Assembly (NCBI GenBank): GCA_976226885.1
Contig: OZ320322.1
Coordinates: 47,988,001 to 48,052,000, forward strand
DNA: 64,000 nt
Direction of reading: 5' to 3'
Origin: Iphione sp. A-MEVVRFRX5
Lineage: Eukaryota
This document shows positions 47,641-59,647 of the stretch, piece after piece. Under the pieces are notes generated by a model. The model saw only the letters and a list, made by a program, of their open reading frames with translations. It was not told where the DNA came from and did no database searches. A program made the translations under genes and the position numbers. How positions within the stretch are numbered: the first letter of the stretch is position 1; the number at the start of each line of letters is the position of its first letter.

Positions 47641-48549
47641 TAATTTTGTTTCACTCACCAAAACACCTCAACAGAGCTGTACCTATAACATGGTGACAAT
47701 AGAAAGACCACAAGACATTACTGGATATAATGGATATGGGAGGATAATAGGGACATAGAGAGAAAAGGGTAGCAGGGGTGGTTTAATTAGATTTATTACG
47801 TGGCGATTCACCTTGATTTGTTACAGTCGCTCCATCACTATTATATACAATTAGTGTAAGTGCCAAAGACACTTGTTACTCTTTTTCTTTTAAAATGGTT
47901 GTCGGAAGTTGGTGGAAAATAAATTGGTTAAGCAATTCTTTCATGATCGTTAAGAGAGTGAGATCTTGTTTCTATGGAACGAGAGTTTCTTCAAGATGCA
48001 ACACCTTTGTTTGACATTCCTGTTTGACTTCCGCTCTATACTTCTCCAGTCTTCTTTCTTTTATACAATAATATAGTATGAAACACTCATGGAATGAGAA
48101 TGATTGATCTATACTTCTTTAACAGTAGTTTGTTTGCTGTACCTTCCTATGGTCATGTGATATTGAATTCTAATTGCAGAAACGTGACGGGTGATCCTCT
48201 GATGAGGATGGTAAACAAAAATAAATACAAAGAAAACGGTAGAATAGGACAATAGGGAATATATCTTGAAAACAAGACGAAAGTGATAAAATATTATCTG
48301 GTCAAGATTAGGATTCTTTTTAGTGTGAGGTTGAATGCCTCGTTTTGATACCTGCCTAGGTAGAAATTAGTGACAACTAATAGGAGAGCATCATAAGATA
48401 GTTACTTTGTCTAGTGGGAAGAATCGATTGTTGTCTAAGGTTGTTTCAATATTGAGATGAACAAGCAATCAATGATTCACTGTTGTTGTTCTCTTTTCTT
48501 TTATTTTCTCGAACACTCTTATTATAAAGAGTTATCAAAAAATGAAGAG

Positions 48550-49090
48550 CCTGAGGAAGTGTTGGCTTCAATGGATCCTATTTTTTAATGAAGCATAGTG
48601 TATTTCAACGGTTCAAATAAGACTCATACAGAGTCTTTGTTTTAATTCTCCAAGACTCCAAAATAACTTGTTTCATTGACTTGGAAAAGTCCTTGTTGTT
48701 CAGAGACGCCTTCAATAAAGAAGGGTTATAATTCTTATAACTCCCATTGCTGAAGCATTGTTGTGGTTGAGGAGGTTTAGGTGATGAAGCTTGAACAGTA
48801 GTGGTGGCTGGGACGCCAACTACACAGCTTTGTTATACCATGTTTTGTGTGGCCACTGAGGAAGTACTACAATTAAAGAAGAAGGAGAACAGGCATAAGC
48901 TAAAGCGAACCCAGATCAGTCAAGTGAAAATGCATCTACATAAGCTGATTGTGGGTCAGGGAACCAGCTGATATATTGTGGAACTTTAAAATTTTTTCTA
49001 GAAGCAAAGAGATCTACATCAGAAGAACTCCAAGAGTTAACAATAGCATTGAAAATACTGGGGTTCGGTTTCCATTCATTATTAGACTTG
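48550..49090 (-). mobile_element. DIRS fragment of the same family as 1-1540 (MT-like domain and start of YR); part is duplicated at 53617-53890
   Basis: Minus-strand EWKPNPSIFNAIVNSWSSSDVDLFASRKNFKVPQYISWFPDPQSAYVDAFSLD* and LLKASL...SKSMKQVILESWRIKTKTLYESYLNR*NTLCF. Confidence 0.88.
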
Positions 49091-49799
49091 AAGTCTAATG
49101 TGTAAGAGGATGTGGAGGTTTTGCTCCTCCCCCCACCCCCTCTCTTTGTATATTAAGGAAAGAAATCAATGTAATAATTGAAGAAGTGTAAGGAAATTTC
49201 TTGCCACATCGAAAATGCATTATATCTGCTTGATATTTTTGTTCGACCGTGATTGGTCACAGTTGTTGGTTTGTTCAGTGAAAAACCTCTTTTGGATTAA
49301 ACAATTGATATGGTGGTGAGTTGGATCTAGGACTGTCTGGTGGTGGAGAAGTTGGACACTCCTTTTTTTGTGGGGTTTAGTAGATTTGTAGAAGGGGGTG
49401 GGGAGGAGATTATTTTCAAATACGACTATCTTAGTCGTCTTGTTCGCATTTCATGTTCGTTGGATTTGTTTTGTCTTCTATATTGATAAAATAAACGCTT
49501 TGTAGTGATGTGTAGTTTTTGTCATTACTTTGAAGTTTATAGTAAAAAGCGAAGTTTATCGTAAACAGTTTTTTTTATATTAATGTAATGGTTGCATAGT
49601 ATGTCGTGTACAAGATTTAACAATGAAAGAAATTGTCGTTCAATTTTTAAAAAATGGTTTCCTATTTGTAATAGGAAATAATGTGTGGTGTCATAACTAC
49701 ATGCTTCTATCGTAAATTGAGCTTCTGTGGCTTTTGTTTCAATAGACTCTTCTTGTGATGGTTGCTCAAGTTTTCTCTTATTATTTCTACCATATAAAG

Positions 49800-51850
49800 G
49801 ATCTCGTGAGCTTTGTCAAGGGAAAATAGTTTATAAGAGGAGAGTTTAAGTCTAAAGGTTGTGACAACGGTTGATCACGGTGGGGGGGGACAATAAAAAA
49901 GGCCTACATAGAGAGGTTTTCGATGTAGATTGTTTATCCTTACTCGCATGGCTGCTATTGCCGAGGTTATTATGTACACAACCACTTCTCCAAAAATTTT
50001 TACATGGGTCTAGAGGTTTGCATTCCACATATTGGGAGGGTGCACTGTCACCCTTACTCTTCTGCATGGTTGCACCGGGGCTCAGAGATTGATTCAAACC
50101 CTTCGCCACGTTTTCACACTATCTATTAGCAACGTTATGACAAGAACTATATCATACGCCATCTATGTTACCCCACCTTAAATCTTGGTTACATGCTTTA
50201 CAGTTACTTTGGTACTCAATTTAGACTCAATATGATAGTCAAGGAATTTTAGAGTCGGTTTGTGTTGCAATGGATCGCCATTAAGGACCAGATCAAGCGG
50301 TATGCCACTGGCCTTACCTACTATAGTGTAGAAACATTTGCCTTCGCTAAGGATGAAGTTATTGTTCCTGCACCAGTTACTTACTCTTTCGATCGTCAAC
50401 ATAGTGACACCCCTCAGCTTCAGTAGATCATTGGCGAAAGTCAGAAGCGTAAGGTCGTCAGCGTAAAGCATCGCCTCGATATCTTTAGGCACAACTCCCA
50501 TGACGTTATCCATGATACAAATAAACGCACTGGGACCCCAGACACTGCCCTGGGGAACTCCCTGTCGCAGAGGGAGTACTTCCGAGCGTTCATCCCTACA
50601 CTCCACATATTGACTCCTTTCCTCAAAGTAGTTCTGCACCATAGTCCTAGTCTTTGGCCCCACCCCTTTGATAGCAAGCGACCTTAGCACACTTTCATGG
50701 GGTACGAGGTCAAATGTTTTCTTAAGATCGAAAAACAACTAGACAGGTGTAAAGTCTCTGGTTGAGCCGATTACAAAGCGAATTCATCAACCTATAGTAA
50801 GCAGTCGTTGTTCTTCTGTTCTTCCGGAAGCCATGCTGAGCGTCACTCAACTGGTTAGTTACCTCAATGTGGTTCATTATTGATATTGTGGACCAAGTTT
50901 CGCACAGCTTCCCGGAGAGGGGTAGGATGGACACAGAACGGTAATTCTCCAGCACATCCGTGTCCCCCTTTTTGTGCACTGGAGTGATTCGAGCCACTTT
51001 CCAGGCAGTAGGGAAGCGTCCCTCGGATAGTATTTGATGGAAGAGTTAGGGGACATAATCGGGAACTCTTAACAACAGTGGCTTGAGAATCCTAGTGGGA
51101 ACACCTGAGATATCCGAAGATTTAGTCACGGTAACCTTGAAGATCAATCTGGCAATGCAAGCTGGTGTTGGGGCACTTATTTCAAAGTTATTGTTATCTA
51201 AGCTTCCTCTTACAAATGTAGTCCCCACGTCAACCGGCCCAGTTCCAATGGTTGACAATGCCTCCACCTCAGTACAGAAGAAGGTGTTAAAGGCTATAGC
51301 TAGGTTTGTACCATTCCCATTGTTGGCACTATCCCAGTCTGGGAGCGCTGGTTCAAGCCTGTCGCGACATAACATTGTATTTAGGACTTTCCATTTATTC
51401 GCCTGATCATGTCCAGCACTCTCCAGCTTACCTTGCCAGAAGGCACGCTTCTCCATTTTGATGGCATGCTTTACCCTATTAGACAAGAATTTGAAGATAT
51501 TGAAGCTATCTTCACACACGGTTCGCCTCCACTTTCTGTAGAAGTAGTCGCGATCCCGACCTAGGTCAACGGTTCCAGCAGACAGGGAGAAACCATCAGA
51601 GTTATGTTTATGCTTGGAAGTTATCACTGGATATTGTTCAGCTATCTGCCTTTCAATTTGCAAGATCAGGTTTGACTAGGCTGTTTCATAATCATCAGTC
51701 TTGTCAAGGTGGTTACCCTCATGGAGAGTGTCCACAAGGGCATCTATGTCTAGGTTGCTCCACCGTCTAAATGTTACCGTTTCAGTTAGTACATGGTTTA
51801 CTCTTAATTGGTGGAAGAAAAAGTAACAAAAGGCGCATGAAGTTTACTTA
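49800..51850 (-). mobile_element. L2/CR1-like LINE ORF2 (RT to 3' end), decayed, copy 1
   Basis: ORFs 51046-51663, 50722-50997, 50178-50738 with PVHKKGD, QHGFRK, FFDLKK.FDLVPH, GVPQGS, YADD. Confidence 0.93.
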
Positions 51851-54599
51851 GTTTTTTAAAAAAGTCAAAGTTTGACATGTGGCTATAACGTTTCATAATT
51901 GTGAAAACTTATAAAGAATTGCCAAATCAAATTAATTATGTTTGAGTGGTACAAAAAAGGATAAGCATGCTATAAACTAAAACGAAAAATACAGCCAGGC
52001 AATAATAGACGAGAGATACGAGGGATTGAAATAAATTTACATTTATCAAAGGAGAGAGATCAACTAAAGAGGTATACGTTTATTTTTTGCATAGAATTCT
52101 TATCCACAATCCGATAAGTCAGAAGATTTGCCCAGAAACATGGTCCAATGGAAACGTTCTGCAGTTAGAGATCAACTAAAGAGGTATACGTTTATTTTTT
52201 GCATAGAATTCTTATCCACAATCCGATAAGTCAGAAGATTTGCCCAGAAACATGGTCCAATGGAAACGTTCTGCAGTTCTCGATTGTTTCTTTTCAGATT
52301 TTCTTTTTCTGATTTTGAAAGTGGACGTTTGTTTTTTTGGAGGTGTCGATTCCATGGGATTCTGAATTAAAACACATTTTCTAAATAGTAGTAGATATAG
52401 AAGTAGTCTTGGAACTATTTTCTATTCAATCAAATAACACGTTTCTTGAAAATAAATTGTTATAAGGAATTTATTACAGTCAGTCAGACATAGATCATTT
52501 AGGTGTTCACGTCTAGGCAGTATATTTATGTGATCAACTTTATCTTAAAATCTGAATTCAGTTATCTATTAGTAGACAGAATATGGAAGAATATATTGGG
52601 ATTAAGTCATACTCCATATTAATTTCAGTAAAGTGCATGTAGTACTAATGCATTAAAATAACAGGTCATTTAAATCAATTATAGGGGAGTAATGATATTA
52701 TATTTGGTAATGCAATATGGCACAATAGAGCTGTAAAATTAATTGATATTTAAAGTCACAGTCATATTTAGAATCACACAGTGTTTTATAGTAAATTGTT
52801 GTTGATATTTTAAAAATCCAAAGGTTATAGAATTAATCTAGTGGATGTCTTGGGAGATGACAAGTATTGTCAGTTCCATAGAAATAAGTTTTCCTGAAAT
52901 ATGTACAGGAGTACATTTTAAAAGGGATTTATTTTTTCCCTGCAAAAACCTATTTGTTCGGGGACGGTGGATGAAACCTATTTTTTCAATTTTCTCCTGT
53001 TTTCCCACCCTGTTTTTCCAGTTGTTTTCACTTGTTTTTCTTCTCACCTTTATATTTCTTAATAAGAGTCTCCGTCATTCAGAGTGGTGGAGAGGTGTGT
53101 GTATGTGTTGGGGGGGGGGGAGGGGGGGGGGGGGGGGGCATCAGTTATCGTGAGTGAGATCTTAGCTGTCCAGAGATACCCACGCACATCCTTGGCTTCT
53201 GAAGCAGCTGACCCCAATGGGCATGTGGTTTCCCCCTCCTTCCTGACTAAAGCCACCAATAGCATCCAGTAAGGAGACGCGATTGGCAAGTATTTCAGCC
53301 CTCTATATAGTGAAAATCTGTCCACCATTGAAGCAACTCTATAAGATGGTTCACTCGTTAGAAAAATATAATCAACCCTTCTTATTCAAATTCATTTTCT
53401 TGTAAAATAGTTTAGCTAAGATGCTTCTGTGGTTTTTTTAATTCAATTGGTTCCTGTAAAATGGATCTGGATATCAAGAAATATCTACACTAAGTGTTTG
53501 ATTAATGGCAGCCAATATAACCTGCAAATTTTAATTCAGTTAGCCTTCTTCTTGATCGCATATTTTTTGGGAGAACATATCTTCGTGGAACTACTGTTTG
53601 TAGCGACAACATTGCACAACTACACAGCTTTGTTATACCATGTTTTGTGTGGCCACTGAGGAAGTACTACAATTAAAGAAGAAGGAGAACAGGCATAAGC
53701 TAAAGCGAACCCAGATCAGTCAAGTGAAAATGCATCTACATAAGCTGATTGTGGGTCAGGGAACCAGCTGATATATTGTGGAACTTTAAAATTTTTTCTA
53801 GAAGCAAAGAGATCTACATCAGAAGAACTCCAAGAGTTAACAATAGCATTGAAAATACTGGGGTTCGGTTTCCATTCATTATTAGACTTGAAGTCTAATG
53901 TGTAAGAGGATGTGGAGGTTTTGCTCCTCCCCCCACCCCCTCTCTTTGTATATTAAGGAAAGAAATCAATGTAATAATTGAAGGAGTGTAAGGAAATTTC
54001 TTGCCGCATCGAAAATGCATTATATCTGCTTGATATTTTTGTTCGACCGTGATTGGTCACAGTTGTTGGTTTGTTCAGTGAAAAACCTCTTTTGGATTAA
54101 ACAATTGACATGGTGGTGAGTTGGATCTAGGACTGTCTGGTGGTGGAGAAGTTGGACACTCCTTTTTTTGTGGGGTTTAGTAGATTTGTAGAAGGGGGTG
54201 GGGAGGAGATTATTTTCAAATACGACTATCTTAGTCGTCTTGTTCGCATTTCATGTTCGTTGGATTTGTTTTGTCTTCTATATTGATAAAATAAACGCTT
54301 TGTAGTGATGTGTAGTTTTTGTCATTACTTTGAAGTTTATAGTAAAAAGCGAAGTTTATCGTAAACAGTTTTTTTTATATTAATGTAATGGTTGCATAGT
54401 ATGTCGTGTACAAGATTTAACAATGAAAGAAATTGTCGTTCAATTTTTAAAAAATGGTTTCCTATTTGTAATAGGAAATAATGTGTGGTGTCATAACTAC
54501 ATGCTTCTATCGTAAATTGAGCTTCTGTGGCTTTTGTTTCAATAGACTCTTCTTGTGATGGTTGCTCAAGTTTTCTCTTATTATTTCTACCATATAAAG

Positions 54600-56650
54600 G
54601 ATCTCGTAAGCTTTGTCAAGAGAAAATAGTTTATAAGAGGAGAGTTTAAGTCTAAAGGTTGTGACAACGGTTGATCACGGTGGGGGGGGACAATAAAAAA
54701 GGCCTACATAGAGAGGTTTTCGATGTAGATTGTTTATCCTTACTCGCATGGCTGCTATTGCCGAGGTTATTATGTACACAACCACTTCTCCAAAAATTTT
54801 TACATGGGTCTAGAGGTTTGCATTCCACATATTGGGAGGGTGCACTGTCACCCTTACTCTTCTGCATGGTTGCACCGGGGCTCAGAGATTGATTCAAACC
54901 CTTCGCCACGTTTTCACACTATCTATTAGCAACGTTATGACAAGAACTATATCATACGCCATCTATGTTACCCCACCTTAAATCTTGGTTACATGCTTTA
55001 CAGTTACTTTGGTACTCAATTTAGACTCAATATGATAGTCAAGGAATTTTAGAGTCGGTTTGTGTTGCAATGGATCGCCATTAAGGACCAGATCAAGCGG
55101 TATGCCACTGGCCTTACCTACTATAGTGTAGAAACATTTGCCTTCGCTAAGGATGAAGTTATTGTTCCTGCACCAGTTACTTACTCTTTCGATCGTCAAC
55201 ATAGTGACACCCCTCAGCTTCAGTAGATCATTGGCGAAAGTCAGAAGCGTAAGGTCGTCAGCGTAAAGCATCGTCTCGATATCTTTAGGCACAACTCCCA
55301 TGACGTTATCCATGATACAAATAAACGCACTGGGACCCCAGACACTGCCCTGGGGAACTCCCTGTCGCAGAGGGAGTACTTCCGAGCGTTCATCCCTACA
55401 CTCCACATATTGACTCCTTTCCTCAAAGTAGTTCTGCACCATAGTCCTAGTCTTTGGCCCCACCCCTTTGATAGCAAGCGACCTTAGCACACTTTCATGG
55501 GGTACGAGGTCAAATGTTTTCTTAAGATCGAAAAACAACTAGACAGGTGTAAAGTCTCTGGTTGAGCCGATTACAAAGCGAATTCATCAACCTACAGTAA
55601 GCAGTCGTTGTTCTTCTGTTCTTCCGGAAGCCATGCTGAGCGTCACTCAACTGGTTAGTTACCTCAATGTGGTTCATTATTGATATTGTGGACCAAGTTT
55701 CGCACAGCTTCCCGGAGAGGGGTAGGATGGACACAGAACGGTAATTCTCCAGCACATCCGTGTCCCCCTTTTTGTGCACTGGAGTGATTCGAGCCACTTT
55801 CCAGGCAGTAGGGAAGCGTCCCTCGGATAGTATCTGATGGAAGAGTTAGGGGACATAATCGGGAACTCTTAACAACAGTGGCTTGAGAATCCTAGTGGGG
55901 ACACCTGAGATATCCGAAGATTTAGTCACGGTAACCTTGAAGATCAATCTGGCAATGCAAGCTGGTGTTGGGGCACTTATTTCAAAGTTATTGTTATCTA
56001 AGCTTCCTCTTACAAATGTAGTCCCCACGTCAACCGGCCCAGTTCCAATGGTTGACAATGCCTCCACCTCAGTACAGAAGAAGGTGTTAAAGGCTATAGC
56101 TAGGTTTGTACCATTCCCATTGTTGGCACTATCCCAGTCTGGGAGCGCTGGTTCAAGCCTGTCGCGACATAACATTGTATTTAGGACTTTCCATTTATTC
56201 GCCTGATCATGTCCAGCACTCTCCAGCTTACCTTGCCAGAAGGCACGCTTCTCCATTTTGATGGCATGCTTTACCCTATTAGACAAGAATTTGAAGATAT
56301 TGAAGCTATCTTCACACACGGTTCGCCTCCACTTTCTGTAGAAGTAGTCGCGATCCCGACCTAGGTCAACGGTTCCAGCAGACAGGGAGAAACCATCAGA
56401 GTTATGTTTATGCTTGGAAGTTATCACTGGATATTGTTCAGCTATCTGCCTTTCAATTTGCAAGATCAGGTTTGACTAGGCTGTTTCATAATCATCAGTC
56501 TTGTCAAGGTGGTTACCCTCATGGAGAGTGTCCACAAGGGCATCTATGTCTAGGTTGCTCCACCGTCTAAATGTTACCGTTTCAGTTAGTACATGGTTTA
56601 CTCTTAATTGGTGGAAGAAAAAGTAACAAAAGGCGCATGAAGTTTACTTA
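54600..56650 (-). mobile_element. L2/CR1-like LINE ORF2, copy 2
   Basis: Duplicate of 49800-51850. Confidence 0.93.
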
Positions 56651-57949
56651 GTTTTCTAAAAAAGTCAAAGTTTGACATGTGGCTATAACGTTTCATAATT
56701 GTGAAAACTTATAAAGAATTGCCAAATCAAATTAATTATGTTTGAGTGGTACAAAGAAGGATAAGCATGCTATAAACTAAAACGAAAAATACAGCCAGGC
56801 AATAATAGACGAGAGATACGAGGGATTGAAATAAATTTACATTTATCAAAGGAGAGAGATCAACTAAAGAGGTATACGTTTATTTTTTGCATAGAATTCT
56901 TATCCACAATCCGATAAGTCAGAAGATTTGCCCAGAAACATGGTCCAATGGAAACGTTCTGCAGTTCTCGATTGTTTCTTTTCAGATTTTCCTTTTCTGA
57001 TTTTGAAAGTGGACGTTTGTTTTTTTGGAGGTGTCGATTCCATGGGATTCTGAATTAAAACACATTTTCTAAATAGTAGTAGATATAGAAGTAGTCTTGG
57101 AACTATTTTCTATTCAATCAAATAACACGTTTCTTGAAAATAAATTGTTATAAGGAATTTATTACAGTCAGTCAGACATAGATCATTTAGGTGTTCACGT
57201 CTAGGCAGTATATTTATGTGATCAACTTTATCTTAAAATCTGAATTCAGTTATCTATTAGTAGACAGAATATGGAAGAATATATTGAGATTAAGTCATAC
57301 TCCATATTAATTTCAGTAAAGTGCATGTAGTACTAATGCATTAAAATAACAGGTCATTTAAATCAATTATAGGGGAGTAATGATATTATATTTGGTAATG
57401 CAATATGGCACAATAGAGCTGTAAAATTAATTGATATTTAAAGTCACAGTCATATTTAGAATCACACAGTGTTTTATAGTAAATTGTTGTTGATATTTTA
57501 AAAATCCAAAGGTTATAGAATTAATCTAGTGGATGTCTTGGGAGATGACAAGTATTGTCAGTTCCATAGAAATAAGTTTTCCTGAAATATGTACAGGAGT
57601 ACATTTTAAAAGGGATTTATTTTTTCCCTGCAAAAACCTATTTGTTCGGGGACGGTGGATGAAACCTATTTTTTCAATTTTCTCCTGTTTTCCCACCCTG
57701 TTTTTCCAGTTGTTTTCACTTGTTTTTCTTCTCACCTTTATATTTCTTAATAAGAGTCTCCGTCATCCAGAGTGGTGGAGAGGTGTGTGTATGTGTTGGG
57801 GGGGGGGGAGGGGGGGGGGGGGGGGATCAGTTATCGTGAGTGAGATCTTAGCTGTCCAGAGATACCCACGCACATCCTTGGCTTCTGAAGCAGCTGACCC
57901 CAATGGGCATGTGGTTTCCCCCTCCTTCCTAACTAAAGCCACCAATAGC

Positions 57950-59200
57950 ATCCAGTAAGGAGACGCGATTGGCAAGTATTTCAGCCCTCTATATAGTGAA
58001 AATCTGTCCACCATTGAAGCAACTCTATAAGATGGTTCACTCGTTAGAAAAATATAATCAACCCTTCTTATTCAAATTCATTTTCTTGTAAAATAGTTTA
58101 GCTAAGATGCTTCTGTGGTTTTTTTAATTCAATTGGTTCCTGTAAAATGGATCTGGATATCAAGAAATATCTACACTAAGTGTTTGATTAATGGCAGCCA
58201 ATATAACCTGCAAATTTTAATTCAGTTAGCCTTCTTCTTGATCGCATATTTTTTGGGAGAACATATCTTCGTGGAACTACTGTTTGTAGCGACAACATTG
58301 CAGTATTTTCATATACCAGTCATCCGACCCACTGCAGTTACAGTAGATCTGTTTCTCATTTGTGCGGTGATGACTGTCCCATATCAGTTTATTCAACTGG
58401 AAAAGGTTAAATTAGTCTACAGTGTGATATACTGACAACCAATGTAATACAAAAACAGTATCAGAATACTAGTTCTGTCGTTTCCTAATGAAAGTTGCCC
58501 TAACAAACCGAAATAGTTTAACTTATGAAATCATGTCGATTTCTTAAAGACTCTCTGACTAAGGTCACCTGGTTTGGATATGGGGAATAAAATACTCATA
58601 GCAAATGTCACTTAATAATTTAACATGATTTACCGTTAGTAGGCAATATAGATGCGAGTGAATAGTGTGAAGCTATTTACATCGTATGGTAAACGTTGCT
58701 TCATGGCGTGGAAGGCTTGCGCTGCAATTAAATCAGGCAATATTAAAAATGAAGCAGATAACTCTGGAGCGGAACACTAAACATGTAAAGAGTTGTTACT
58801 TGTGAATGACACATGTTAGAAGAATGAATTGCGATGTGATCACAAGTACGATTTGAGACGAAAGTACTGCCAGCATACATCGAATTCGTGCCGATTTCTC
58901 TCATTAGACAGAATCGAGAACCTTATACTAGTTTCCTTTTCTACTATCACAACCACTATCAATTTTTTTCTATTCATTGTTTTTTCTATTACAATAGTTG
59001 TTTGGGTGGTTCAGAACACTGTTGTCACTACTACTATCGTGTGTTTCAAAATGTATATATGATTTCATGCAAGCAAGCAGAACGTTGAATGTTATTAATT
59101 TTTCGTTTCTGATATTTACTACATCCATATATATAACATTCTTGAAACGAAAAAACATGATAGCTTCAGCATGAACATAAATAATCTGTAGTTTTGTTAC
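57950..59200 (-). pseudogene. Pcl: Polycomblike (PHF1/MTF2/PHF19, Drosophila Pcl) pseudogene, intron-containing: Tudor-like, PHD1 remnant, PHD2, EH/winged-helix remnant
   Basis: Exon 58681-58721 reads [19 protein letters not shown] and splices in phase 0 to ttttccAG|[43 protein letters not shown] (58396 downward). This matches PCL as recalled: [52 protein letters not shown]. Weaker remnants: RFKNVIYMDVV..SYIHFETHDSS (Tudor-like), IVL-CD-x9-CH (PHD1), RVNHLIELL..GLKYLP (EH). Confidence 0.85.
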
Positions 59201-59647
59201 AATATATTGATATGTAACAACTAAGAATTGGTATTAAATCAACATACCGACTTTGCAGATGAAATTAGCCGCGAGGATATATTTCTCCTTTTCTTTTTGT
59301 AAGCTGTATGTATATATAATATTTATGTATATTAATGTATACGTATACGTATAGATATTTATGTAAATCAATGGATTTTCGTGTGTAGTAAATCAGTGGA
59401 AATGTATACAACTCTCTTTGTTTTTCATCGAAATAGCATTCTTGAGAGCTGTGCAATCCCAAATGAATTTTCTCATATAAGTTTTAATCACCAATAGGAT
59501 TGGTAGTCAAAGATGAACACCTATTTTAACATTGATTGAGAACTGAATTTATAAATTCGTTTGTAGCATTTGTAGCTATGAACATATCATACTGAGGCGA
59601 TTATGAAAATTTTTCCTCTACCTATTCATTTATATCGTCATACTTAC

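Larger units (their letters stand above)
48817..58302. repeat. 4.8-kb near-identical tandem duplication (48817-53616 and 53617-58302)
   Basis: ORF pairs are offset by exactly 4800 bp. The junction acattgca|caactacac is blunt. Copy 1 carries an extra 112-bp internal duplication (52055-52278). Confidence 0.97.

Noticed and set aside
59265-59462. Second divergent IRF DBD or USP-domain fragment
   Set aside because: No conserved tryptophans or catalytic His box; only superficial pattern similarity.
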